The notes beneath the pieces are model-generated. The model was not told the DNA's origin. It searched no databases and saw only the letters and a list, made by a program, of their open reading frames with translations. Source: Candidatus Latescibacterota bacterium (GTDB lineage: Bacteria > Latescibacterota > UBA2968 > UBA8231). Taken from it: DNA of 64,000 nucleotides. Of this stretch, positions 20,284 to 28,749 are shown piece after piece. Within the stretch, counting starts at the first letter, position 1. Every line of letters starts with the position of its first letter. The stretch spans positions 5,184,001 to 5,248,000 of the forward strand of contig OZ244561.1 of the NCBI GenBank assembly GCA_965217585.1, written 5' to 3'. The position numbers and the translations under genes are program-made.

Positions 20284-21578
20284 ATTCGACAGGTAGGTTG
20301 ATATTTAGGCTCGAACAGGCATCGGAGTCTCCCTATTTTGGGATAGCTTGATTCACCGCCATGGATCATCTACCCCAGGGAAACTCCGATGCTGAACCTG
20401 ACTCGCTTGCCTGTGAACCTTCGTTATTTTTTGCGTGGGACTCAACATTTTTTTCGTCATCGCCATCATCTGGTGTTCTGTTGGAGTATGACGCTGTTGT
20501 TAATCTATCAAGATAAAGCGACGCTGTGTGGTTTAGCCCGCTTGGGGCCTAACCATATAGCGGAATGGCACTTACGTCGCTTGCTGAGTGCGACCTACTG
20601 GAGTTGGCGGTTGCTGTTGGGGTACTTGGTTGATGCGGTGATCGCCGGGCTGCCACCGGCGGAAGACGGTCGGGTGTTGGTGATCGTCGACGGGACCTAC
20701 AAAGCCAAGGTGGCCAAGAAACATCCGTTGGTGCGCAAAGCCCGCGCCGATGGCTATAGTCCCTTTCTGTGGGGGTTTGAAGTGATCCTGGTCATGCTGC
20801 AGTGGGGCAATTATCGAATCCCTATCGATTTCGAGTTGGTTCGGCGTAAAGAAGACCCGGCCTATCAGAAGCCCAATGTGTTGTTTCGTCAGATGCTGAC
20901 CGCCTTGGTACCACCGGCTTGGGCCCAGCAAGTGATCGTGGTCGCCGATGCCGGGTTTCCCGCTAAAGAAACGCTGCACTTGATCCAGCAACGAGGCTTC
21001 TTTTTCGTCATGAGTCTGCCCCGCACCTGGAAGTTTGAAGACGGCCATACGCTCAAAGATTGGGTCCATCATACGCGCCATACCTGTTATCGAAAAATCT
21101 GGTTTCGTCCGCACGGCTCCCGTCGGCGGGTCTATTGGGTCTACCGCGGTCGTAAACGCCTGCGACACATCGGAGATGTCACGTTGGTCTTGAGCAAGAA
21201 ACGGCGCAACGATTCGCCGAAACAAACCAAAATCCTGGTGACCAATCTACCGGACGTGACCGCAGGCCAACTCGTCGTGTTGTATACCCGCCGCTGGCAC
21301 GTGGAACTGCTCATCAAAGAATTGAAAGGGGCCACCGGATTAGGACAAGCCCAGGTGACCAAGCAGACCCAACGAGTCGAACGCTCCGTCGCGTTGTCCG
21401 TTATGGCCTACTTGGTTTTGATCCATTTTCGGCAGCGGGATATTCCCCACCAAGGACCGTGGAGTGCGTTTACCCTCAAGCGAAATTTTGCTTGGGAGTG
21501 TGCGCGAAAACAGATTGAACATAACCAAAAACGAACCTACACAAAGGCCGCCTAAGACAACTACCTGTCGAATTCAAC
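20279..21578 (+). mobile_element. IS element (IS701/IS4-like DDE)
   Basis: 17-bp perfect IR ttgaattcgacaggtag / ctacctgtcgaattcaa; 7-bp direct repeat tatataa at 20272-20278 and 21579-21585. Confidence 0.9.
20389..21555 (+). CDS. DDE transposase (IS701/IS4-like)
   Basis: VIVDGT, VVADAGF, YTRRWHVELLIKELK (Y-2-R-3-E-6-K signature). Confidence 0.9.
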   Translation: MLNLTRLPVNLRYFLRGTQHFFRHRHHLVFCWSMTLLLIYQDKATLCGLARLGPNHIAEWHLRRLLSATYWSWRLLLGYLVDAVIAGLPPAEDGRVLVIVDGTYKAKVAKKHPLVRKARADGYSPFLWGFEVILVMLQWGNYRIPIDFELVRRKEDPAYQKPNVLFRQMLTALVPPAWAQQVIVVADAGFPAKETLHLIQQRGFFFVMSLPRTWKFEDGHTLKDWVHHTRHTCYRKIWFRPHGSRRRVYWVYRGRKRLRHIGDVTLVLSKKRRNDSPKQTKILVTNLPDVTAGQLVVLYTRRWHVELLIKELKGATGLGQAQVTKQTQRVERSVALSVMAYLVLIHFRQRDIPHQGPWSAFTLKRNFAWECARKQIEHNQKRTYTKAA

Positions 21579-21710
21579 TATATAAGACAATCCGCAGATG
21601 AACGCAGATGAACGCAGAATAGTGGAAACAAGACGATCCGCAGCTCGAATCGTTCAAGTCATTCAGGGTTGCTATAGGACATAGGGCTCACAATTGAAAG
21701 GGGAACGAAC

Positions 21711-21872
21711 ATGGAATATACAGCCGTCGTGAAACACAGTGGCGAATGGTGGATTGGCTGGATTGAGGAAGTTCCCGGCGTGAATTGCCAGGAGCGTACC
21801 CATGAGAAATTGCAGCAAAGCCTTGTGGAAACGCTTTTAGAGGCGCTGGAATTCAATGAGGGAAATCAATAA
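21711..21872 (+). CDS. Second HicB-family antitoxin (53 aa, not in ORF track)
   Basis: MEYTAVVKHSGEWWIGWIEEVPGVNCQERTHEKLQQSLVETLLEALEFN; AAGGGG RBS. Confidence 0.8.
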   Translation: MEYTAVVKHSGEWWIGWIEEVPGVNCQERTHEKLQQSLVETLLEALEFNEGNQ

Positions 21873-21917
21873 GGTGGGGAACGAGGCGGATGAAGTAGAT
21901 AAGGAAATAAGGGAGAA

Positions 21918-22208
21918 ATGAACAGAGATGAAGTCCTGAACGTGCTTCGAGCGCACAAGGCGACCCTTGTGCAGCGTTTCGGCGTCGTGGATCTCGCCTT
22001 ATTTGGGTCAATCGTCCGCGATCAAGCCACGGACGACAGCGATGTGGACATCCTGGTGCGGTTCGACTCGCCGGCGACGTCAAAGCGGTATTTTGGCGTT
22101 CAGTTCTATATTGAAGATCTGCTGGGGCGTCCGGTTGATCTGGTAACGGACAAAGCGCTGCGGGCGGAGATGCGTCCATATATCGAGCGGGAGATGGTCA
22201 ATGTCTGA
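21918..22208 (+). CDS. Minimal nucleotidyltransferase (MNT/MntA antitoxin)
   Basis: LFGSIVRDQATDDSDVDILV, LLGRPVDLV. Confidence 0.92.
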   Translation: MNRDEVLNVLRAHKATLVQRFGVVDLALFGSIVRDQATDDSDVDILVRFDSPATSKRYFGVQFYIEDLLGRPVDLVTDKALRAEMRPYIEREMVNV

Positions 22209-22245
22209 TATCCACATGATCAACTTTTGCGAAAAACCCTGTTGA
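22201..22245 (+). pseudogene. Probable stub of the HEPN/DUF86 toxin
   Basis: 14-codon ORF MSDIHMINFCEKPC overlapping the MNT stop, where HepT normally starts; resembles a DUF86 N-terminus. Confidence 0.4.
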
Positions 22246-22271
22246 ACACGACCAACGAGGACTCCGTATAA

Positions 22272-25064
22272 ATGGCGAAACGAAAATCGACCAAGACTGT
22301 TGAAACTCTGCGGCACCAGGACGCATCGCGGAAGAATATTCCCACGGCTGAGTATCAGGCGGTGATGGCGGAGGACGACCGGAATCCGATTGAGGTCGCG
22401 TATGAGCAGCGCAATCGGGATCTCGATCCGCAGCTTGTTTGGCGTGGGAAGGATGAGCAGAACTGGTCGGATCTGGTGGTGCAAGCGCCGCCGCTGTTCA
22501 TTCAGGAGAAGGTGCATCCGAAGGTGCTGATCGACGATTTGCGGCAGCGGAGCAAGGAGACGGGGGACGGCGAATCGAGCTTGCAGGCTGATTTGTTTGC
22601 GGATTTTAACGGGCTGCCGAGCGCGGACGCCCAGACCGAGTTCTACCAGCACGACGCCAACTGGTCGAATCGGATGATTCTCGGGGATAGCTTGCAGGTG
22701 ATGGCGTCGTTGGCGGAGCGGGAGGGGCTGCGCGGCAAGGTGCAGTGCATCTACATCGACCCGCCCTACGGCATCAAGTTCAACTCCAACTTCCAGTGGT
22801 CAACGACCAGCCGCGACGTCAAGGACGGCAACGCCGGGCACATTACCCGCGAGCCGGAGCAGGTGAAGGCGTTTCGGGATACGTGGCGGGATGGGATTCA
22901 TTCGTATTTGACGTATTTGCGGGATCGGCTGACGGTGGCGCGGGATTTGTTGACGGAGAGCGGGTCGGTTTTCGTGCAGATTGGGGACGAGAATGTGCAT
23001 CGGGTGCGGGCGTTGGTAGAGGAAGTATTCGGAGAAGATAATTTTATTTCTCTGATCGTTGTGTGGAAGACAAGCTCGCAAACTTCAGCAGTGCTTTCTA
23101 CTACATGTGATTATATCGTGTGGTTCGCTAAAAACAGGGAGCATCTGAAGTATCGCCAAATTTTCACAGGGAAAGATTTTGGCGACACAAATTCATCTGC
23201 TGGAGAATACAAAAATTTTTGGGTAGGATTTGGCGAGTACCTGACAGATAAGCAGGCAACGGAAGCTGAAAAACAGGAACTGAAGCGGTTTCGCCCATCG
23301 CCGACAACAAGCCAATCTGGCTCGGAAACTACTCGTTTCCCTTTTAGTTTTCGCGGGGTAGTATTCAGACCAGGACCAGGAGGATGGAAGTCGAACAATG
23401 TTGGATTTCATCGTTTGGCTAAGGCTGATCGAATAATGGCTCGGGAAAAGAGTGTGTCGTACGTTCGGTTCTTGGAGGATTTTCCGGTTGTTCCAATCTC
23501 GGAACTGTGGACAGATGTTCGATGGGGCTTTGATGCATCGTTGAAGCGCTACGTCGTAGAAACCAACCCCAGAGTTGTCCAACGCTGCATCCTGATGACC
23601 ACCGACCCCGGCGACCTCGTCCTCGACCCCACCTGCGGCTCCGGCACCACCGCGTACGTCGCCGAGCAGTGGGGCCGCCGCTGGATCACCATCGACACCT
23701 CCCGCGTCGCCCTCGCGCTGGCCCGCGCCCGCATTATGGGCGCTCGCTATCCCTACTACCTGCTCGCCGACAGCCGCGACGGCCAAATCAAGGAAGCCGC
23801 GCTCACCCGCAAAGTCCCCTCGGAAGCGCCCACGTACAACGACATCCGCCAAGGTTTCGTGTACGAGCGCGTCCCCCACATCACCCTCAAGTCCATCGCC
23901 AACAACGCCGAAATCGACGTAATCTGGGAGAAATTCCAAGAAACGCTGGAGCCGCTGCGTCAGGAATTGAACGACGCGCTCGGCACATTATATAAGGAAT
24001 GGGAAATCCCCCGCGACGCCGACGACGCTTGGCCCGAGGAGGTCAGAAGAATTCACGCGGATTGGTGGGAACAGCGCATCGCCCGGCAAAAGGAAATCGA
24101 CGCTTCCATCGCCGCCAAAGCCGACTACGAATACCTCTACGACAAGCCCTACGAAGACAACAAGAAAGTCCGCGTCGCCGGCCCGTTTACGGTGGAAAGC
24201 CTGTCGCCGCACCGCCTGTTAGGCGTCAATGAAAACGACGAACTCATCGACAACGTCGCCGAAGCCAAGTTAGGGTACGGCGAAAAGCAGGACTTCGCCG
24301 AGATGATCCTCGACAATCTCAAAACCTCCGGCGTCCAACAGGCGCACAAAGAAGACCGCATCTCGTTTTCCGGGATCAGACCCTGGCCCGGCTACCACGT
24401 CTGCGCCGAGGGAACCTACATCGAAGGCAACGCCGACTCGGGCGCTGAGAAACGCGCCGGCATCTTCGTCGGCCCAGAATTCGGCACCGTCTCTCGCCCC
24501 GATCTCGTAACGGCGGTGCGCGAAGCCGCGGATGCCGACTTCGACGTGCTAGTCGCCTGCGCCTTCAACTACGACGCCCACGCCTCAGAGTTCAACAAAC
24601 TCGGCCGCGTCCCCGTCCTCAAGGCCCGCATGAACGCCGACCTGCACATGGCCTCCGACCTCAAAAACACCGGCAAAGGCAACCTTTTCGTCATCTTCGG
24701 CGAACCCGACATCGACATCCTCGACGCGGAAGACAGCCAAATCCAAGTCAAGGTCAACGGCGTGGACGTATTCCACCCGAACACCGGCGAAATCCGCAGC
24801 GACAGCGCCGACGGCATCGCCTGCTGGTTCGTCGATACCGATTACAACGAGGAAAGCTTCTTCGTCCGCCACGCTTACTTCCTCGGCGCTAGCGACCCGT
24901 ACAAATCGCTGCGGACGACGCTCAAAGCCGAGGTCAACCAAGAAGCCTGGGAAACCCTCCACAGCGACACCTCCCGACCTTTCGCCAAGCCGACGTCCGG
25001 CCGCATCGCCGTGAAGGTGATCAATCATCTGGGGGACGAGGTGATGAAGGTGTTTCGGGTGTGA
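22272..25064 (+). CDS. mod: Type III R-M Mod subunit, N6-adenine DNA methyltransferase
   Basis: GDSLQVM, YIDPPYG, VLDPTCGSGTT; C-terminal IAVKVINHLGDE. Confidence 0.93.
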   Translation: MAKRKSTKTVETLRHQDASRKNIPTAEYQAVMAEDDRNPIEVAYEQRNRDLDPQLVWRGKDEQNWSDLVVQAPPLFIQEKVHPKVLIDDLRQRSKETGDGESSLQADLFADFNGLPSADAQTEFYQHDANWSNRMILGDSLQVMASLAEREGLRGKVQCIYIDPPYGIKFNSNFQWSTTSRDVKDGNAGHITREPEQVKAFRDTWRDGIHSYLTYLRDRLTVARDLLTESGSVFVQIGDENVHRVRALVEEVFGEDNFISLIVVWKTSSQTSAVLSTTCDYIVWFAKNREHLKYRQIFTGKDFGDTNSSAGEYKNFWVGFGEYLTDKQATEAEKQELKRFRPSPTTSQSGSETTRFPFSFRGVVFRPGPGGWKSNNVGFHRLAKADRIMAREKSVSYVRFLEDFPVVPISELWTDVRWGFDASLKRYVVETNPRVVQRCILMTTDPGDLVLDPTCGSGTTAYVAEQWGRRWITIDTSRVALALARARIMGARYPYYLLADSRDGQIKEAALTRKVPSEAPTYNDIRQGFVYERVPHITLKSIANNAEIDVIWEKFQETLEPLRQELNDALGTLYKEWEIPRDADDAWPEEVRRIHADWWEQRIARQKEIDASIAAKADYEYLYDKPYEDNKKVRVAGPFTVESLSPHRLLGVNENDELIDNVAEAKLGYGEKQDFAEMILDNLKTSGVQQAHKEDRISFSGIRPWPGYHVCAEGTYIEGNADSGAEKRAGIFVGPEFGTVSRPDLVTAVREAADADFDVLVACAFNYDAHASEFNKLGRVPVLKARMNADLHMASDLKNTGKGNLFVIFGEPDIDILDAEDSQIQVKVNGVDVFHPNTGEIRSDSADGIACWFVDTDYNEESFFVRHAYFLGASDPYKSLRTTLKAEVNQEAWETLHSDTSRPFAKPTSGRIAVKVINHLGDEVMKVFRV

Positions 25065-25094
25065 CTCCACCCATACAAACTCGGGAGATGCCTT

Positions 25095-26084
25095 ATGGCC
25101 AGCGCTGACCAACTCAAGGCACTGCTAAAGTCGCACTTGGAAGGCGACGACGAGCGCTTCTTCTCTGTCGCCATACAGGTCGCTGCCCACGAAGCGAAGC
25201 TGGGGCACGGCAAGCTTGCCGAAGAACTGCGGACCATGATTGACGAAGCCAAGGGCCGGCGTGGCGCGGGTTCGCTGGTGCCGATTGGCCGCCCGCACGG
25301 CGAATTGGCGAACCTTCTGGAAGCTTCCTACCCAAAGGCTCGGCTCGGCTCGATGATTCTGGGCGATGCTCTCGCCCAGCAGATAGAGCGCGTCATTCGT
25401 GAACAACGCCATGCCGGGCGGATTGTAGAGTATGGCCTCTCGCCTAGACGCAAGCTGCTGCTGACAGGCCCTCCCGGCACAGGCAAGACCCTGACGGCTA
25501 CCGTCCTAGCCGGGGAGCTCGGCCTTCCTCTCTTTCAGGTCCAACTCGACGGTCTCATTACCAAGTACATGGGGGAAACCGCGGCCAAGCTACGACAGAT
25601 ATTCGATGCCACGAGCCGGACCCGTGGCATCTACTTCTTCGACGAGTTCGACGCTATCGGTTCGCAGCGCGGACTCACCAACGATGTGGGCGAGATCCGT
25701 CGAGTGCTGAACAGCTTCTTGCAGATGATCGAGCAAGACCGCTCTCACAGCCTCGTCGTCGCGGCAACGAATCACCCCGGAATACTTGATCCGGCGCTCT
25801 TCCGCCGCTTCGACGACATTCTGCACTACGACCTGCCCGACAAGTCGCAGATCGTGAAGCTCCTGAAGACACGTCTCGCTGGAATGGCCGTCAAGGGGGT
25901 CCGGTGGGGGAACTTGGCCGACTTAGCGGTGGGATTGAGTTACGCGGAAGTCACTCGCACCACGAACGAGGTACTGAAAGATGCGCTGATCCATGAACGT
26001 GCTCGGGTCCATACAGAGGACATCCGAACGATGCTCACCGAGCGCAAAAATGTCGCCCAGAAACTACATAAGCAAAGCGAGTAA
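25095..26084 (+). CDS. ietA: AAA+ ATPase, IetA-like
   Basis: GPPGTGKT, FFDEFD, ATNH, LDPALFRRFD; directly upstream of an S8 peptidase. Confidence 0.88.
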   Translation: MASADQLKALLKSHLEGDDERFFSVAIQVAAHEAKLGHGKLAEELRTMIDEAKGRRGAGSLVPIGRPHGELANLLEASYPKARLGSMILGDALAQQIERVIREQRHAGRIVEYGLSPRRKLLLTGPPGTGKTLTATVLAGELGLPLFQVQLDGLITKYMGETAAKLRQIFDATSRTRGIYFFDEFDAIGSQRGLTNDVGEIRRVLNSFLQMIEQDRSHSLVVAATNHPGILDPALFRRFDDILHYDLPDKSQIVKLLKTRLAGMAVKGVRWGNLADLAVGLSYAEVTRTTNEVLKDALIHERARVHTEDIRTMLTERKNVAQKLHKQSE

Positions 26085-26104
26085 CGGAAGGAGTACAGCC
26101 TCAA

Positions 26105-28561
26105 ATGACGGAAGGAACCGAAGGACGACATCGGCACTTCATCCTCGAAGGAGTCACCGAGACGGAGGCATATAGTTCCCTGCGGCAACGCGTGAAGCGT
26201 CCACAGGTGCCAGAGCAGGATCGCGCACAGCACGGCGGAGAGTTGCAGCGCCAGATCAACGAGCTTCGGGAGGAAGCAGACTCCGTCAGGGAGGTCCAAC
26301 GGGACGCGGGGATAGAGGACGGTCTGGGTCTTCAGGTAGAATTCGAGAGCTTTCCCGACGTAGAGCTAGCTTTTGAAAGCTTGGCACGCGAGCGTTCCGG
26401 GATTGAGTTGCTGAACGTCCGTCATGAGGAAAATCGAACCTTGGCCCCAGTCTTTGTACCCGACGGCAAGCTCAATCACTTCGAGCGTCTCATCCGTGAC
26501 TACTTGGCGGAGAGGAAAGACAGCATTGGTCGTGCCCGCGATAACAGGCGACTGATTGACGCGATCCGGCAGATCCGGGCGGCGAGCCTTCGGGCGCTCT
26601 GGACCGACGCTCCCGAGGCGTTTCCTTCCGCTGAAGAGGGACCGCTCTGGTGGGAGGTTTGGCTGCCCGTCGTCCGGGATCGGAACGCAACGACCTCAAC
26701 GTTTTTCGGCCGGGCCGCGGCACAGGGGATGCGGATAGCGCCAGGCAATGTGGCTTTCCCCGAGCGTACTGTCTTGTTGATGTACGCATCGGTTGATCAG
26801 ATGCAGCGTTCTATGGTCACGCTCAACAGCATTGCCGAATTGCGGCGCGCAAAGGAGACGGCGGACTTCGTCGATTCTTTGCGACTCGACGAACAGGCCG
26901 GGTGGCTCGAGTACCTGCTGAATCGGACTCGTTTTGCGGGCGAAACCAACCAGACGCCATACGTCTGCCTGCTCGATACAGGAGTAAATCGCGGTCATCC
27001 GCTGCTTACTCCCGCTCTCGCTGCCAGTGACTTCTATACCGTCGAACCCGGTTGGGGTACCGACGATGATGACGGCCACGGGACGGAGATGGCAGGAGTG
27101 GCCCTAGTTGGGAACTTGACGGAACTTCTGGATAGCAACGATCCCGTGAAAATCGATCATCGCCTCGAATCGGTGAAGTTACTGCCTCATGATGGTGCGA
27201 CCGGAACAGACCCCCAGCACCACGGATATTTGACGGTGGAAGCGGTAGCGCACCCCGAGATTACCGCGCCTGCCCGGCTCCGAGTCTTCGGGATGGCTAT
27301 TACGGCTCGTGATAATCGAGATCGGGGGCGACCGTCTGCTTGGTCGGCAGCGATCGATTCGCTGGCGGCAGATGTTGACGGTACGAATCCGCGTCTGATG
27401 ATCGTTTCCGCCGGTAACATCAAAGAGCCCAATGCTTGGTCTCACTACCCTGATTCTAATGATACGGACGGAGTGCACGATCCCGCCCAAGCATGGAACG
27501 CCCTTACCATCGGTGCCTATACCGACCTCGTGCGAATAACCGAGCCAGATACGAATGATTATGAACCAGTCGCCCCAAAGGGAGGTCTGAGTCCCTTCAG
27601 TACGACCTCGCTGACGTGGCAGGCGCATTGGCCGCTGAAGCCGGACATCGTCCTTGAGGGTGGCAACGCCGCAAAAGACTCGCTAAGCGCCGTATGGTTA
27701 TCCAGTCTCAGCCTGCTGACGACCCATCATCGTCCGGCGGATCAACTTTTCACGACGACCAATGCCACCAGTGCGGCCACGGCACTCGCATCCCGTTTGG
27801 CGGCGCAGGTGATGGCTGTCTATCCCGGCCTGTGGCCCGAGACCATCCGCGCCCTAATCGTCCACTCGGCAGAATGGACCAAAGCCATGAAGCGAATGTT
27901 CCTGCCTCAAGACAAAGATCCGACGAAGCAGGACTATTCGAATTTGCTTCGTCGGTGTGGCTTCGGCGTGCCGGACATTGACCGCGTGCTATGGAGCGTC
28001 GGGAACTCCTTGACGATGGTGGTCGAGGAGAGTCTGCATCCCTTCAAGCGCGAGATAGGAAAGCAACCAACCCTTCGTGACATGCATCTCCACAATCTGC
28101 CTTGGCCGTGCGATGTCTTAGAGAGCTTGGGAGAAACGTCTGTCGAGATGCGGGTCACACTGTCCTACTTCATCGAGCCGAATCCATCACGACGGGGCAC
28201 CCTTTCGCGTTACCGGTACGAATCGCACGGGCTCCGTTTCGACGTAAAGCGGCCACTCGAATCGACAGACGAGTTTCGGAAGCGGATCAATCTGGCGGCA
28301 AGAGACGAGGAGGAAGGTCCCCGCCGTAGCGGCAGCGATCCACAGTGGCTGATCGGAACGCAAGGTCGCCACAGAGGTTCGTTGCACAGCGACATCTGGC
28401 GATACGAAAATCAGCAACAGATGGATTCGGAAGAATTTTTTGACCAGTACAGCCGGGGCCAACTATCCGACGACGCAGTATTCGTCGATTGGGCCAATGA
28501 CTACCGCCACTATTTGCAACTCCGTCAAAAACTAGCGGAGAGCCTGCCCGATGTTGCATGA
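26105..28561 (+). CDS. ietS: S8 subtilase, IetS-like, with an atypical C-terminal ~52 aa
   Basis: Catalytic D (LLDTG), H (HGTEMAG), oxyanion N (SAGN), S (ATSAAT); KPDIVLEGGN. Confidence 0.88.
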   Translation: MTEGTEGRHRHFILEGVTETEAYSSLRQRVKRPQVPEQDRAQHGGELQRQINELREEADSVREVQRDAGIEDGLGLQVEFESFPDVELAFESLARERSGIELLNVRHEENRTLAPVFVPDGKLNHFERLIRDYLAERKDSIGRARDNRRLIDAIRQIRAASLRALWTDAPEAFPSAEEGPLWWEVWLPVVRDRNATTSTFFGRAAAQGMRIAPGNVAFPERTVLLMYASVDQMQRSMVTLNSIAELRRAKETADFVDSLRLDEQAGWLEYLLNRTRFAGETNQTPYVCLLDTGVNRGHPLLTPALAASDFYTVEPGWGTDDDDGHGTEMAGVALVGNLTELLDSNDPVKIDHRLESVKLLPHDGATGTDPQHHGYLTVEAVAHPEITAPARLRVFGMAITARDNRDRGRPSAWSAAIDSLAADVDGTNPRLMIVSAGNIKEPNAWSHYPDSNDTDGVHDPAQAWNALTIGAYTDLVRITEPDTNDYEPVAPKGGLSPFSTTSLTWQAHWPLKPDIVLEGGNAAKDSLSAVWLSSLSLLTTHHRPADQLFTTTNATSAATALASRLAAQVMAVYPGLWPETIRALIVHSAEWTKAMKRMFLPQDKDPTKQDYSNLLRRCGFGVPDIDRVLWSVGNSLTMVVEESLHPFKREIGKQPTLRDMHLHNLPWPCDVLESLGETSVEMRVTLSYFIEPNPSRRGTLSRYRYESHGLRFDVKRPLESTDEFRKRINLAARDEEEGPRRSGSDPQWLIGTQGRHRGSLHSDIWRYENQQQMDSEEFFDQYSRGQLSDDAVFVDWANDYRHYLQLRQKLAESLPDVA

Positions 28562-28608
28562 GGTCCTAGTCGCCTACTTGGAGAAGTCGGTGATAGAGGA
28601 CATCGACG

Positions 28609-28749
28609 ATGAGAAATGACCCTATCGTGGCTGAAGTTCGCGCAATACGAGACGAACTTGCCGCTCAGTGTGGCTACGACATCAAGGAGATCTTCCAGGA
28701 GCTGAGACAGTTCGGGAAGATCAGCTCAAAAATGGGAGACTCGCAATGA
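28609..28749 (+). CDS. Second small 'DPIVxEVR' protein (46 aa, not in ORF track)
   Basis: MRNDPIVAEVRAIRDELAAQCGYDIKEIFQEL aligns with the 19907 ORF; ATGA overlap with the next gene. Confidence 0.65.
   Translation: MRNDPIVAEVRAIRDELAAQCGYDIKEIFQELRQFGKISSKMGDSQ

Noticed and set aside
25095-28561. ATPase-subtilase pair as a new system
   Set aside because: Matches the described IetAS system; only the C-terminal swap is unusual
28668-28745. Track N-terminal extensions (ATPase from 28668; also SDR from 57166, S1 gene from 44560, hypothetical from 60355)
   Set aside because: They overlap neighbouring genes or lack an RBS; downstream starts fit better
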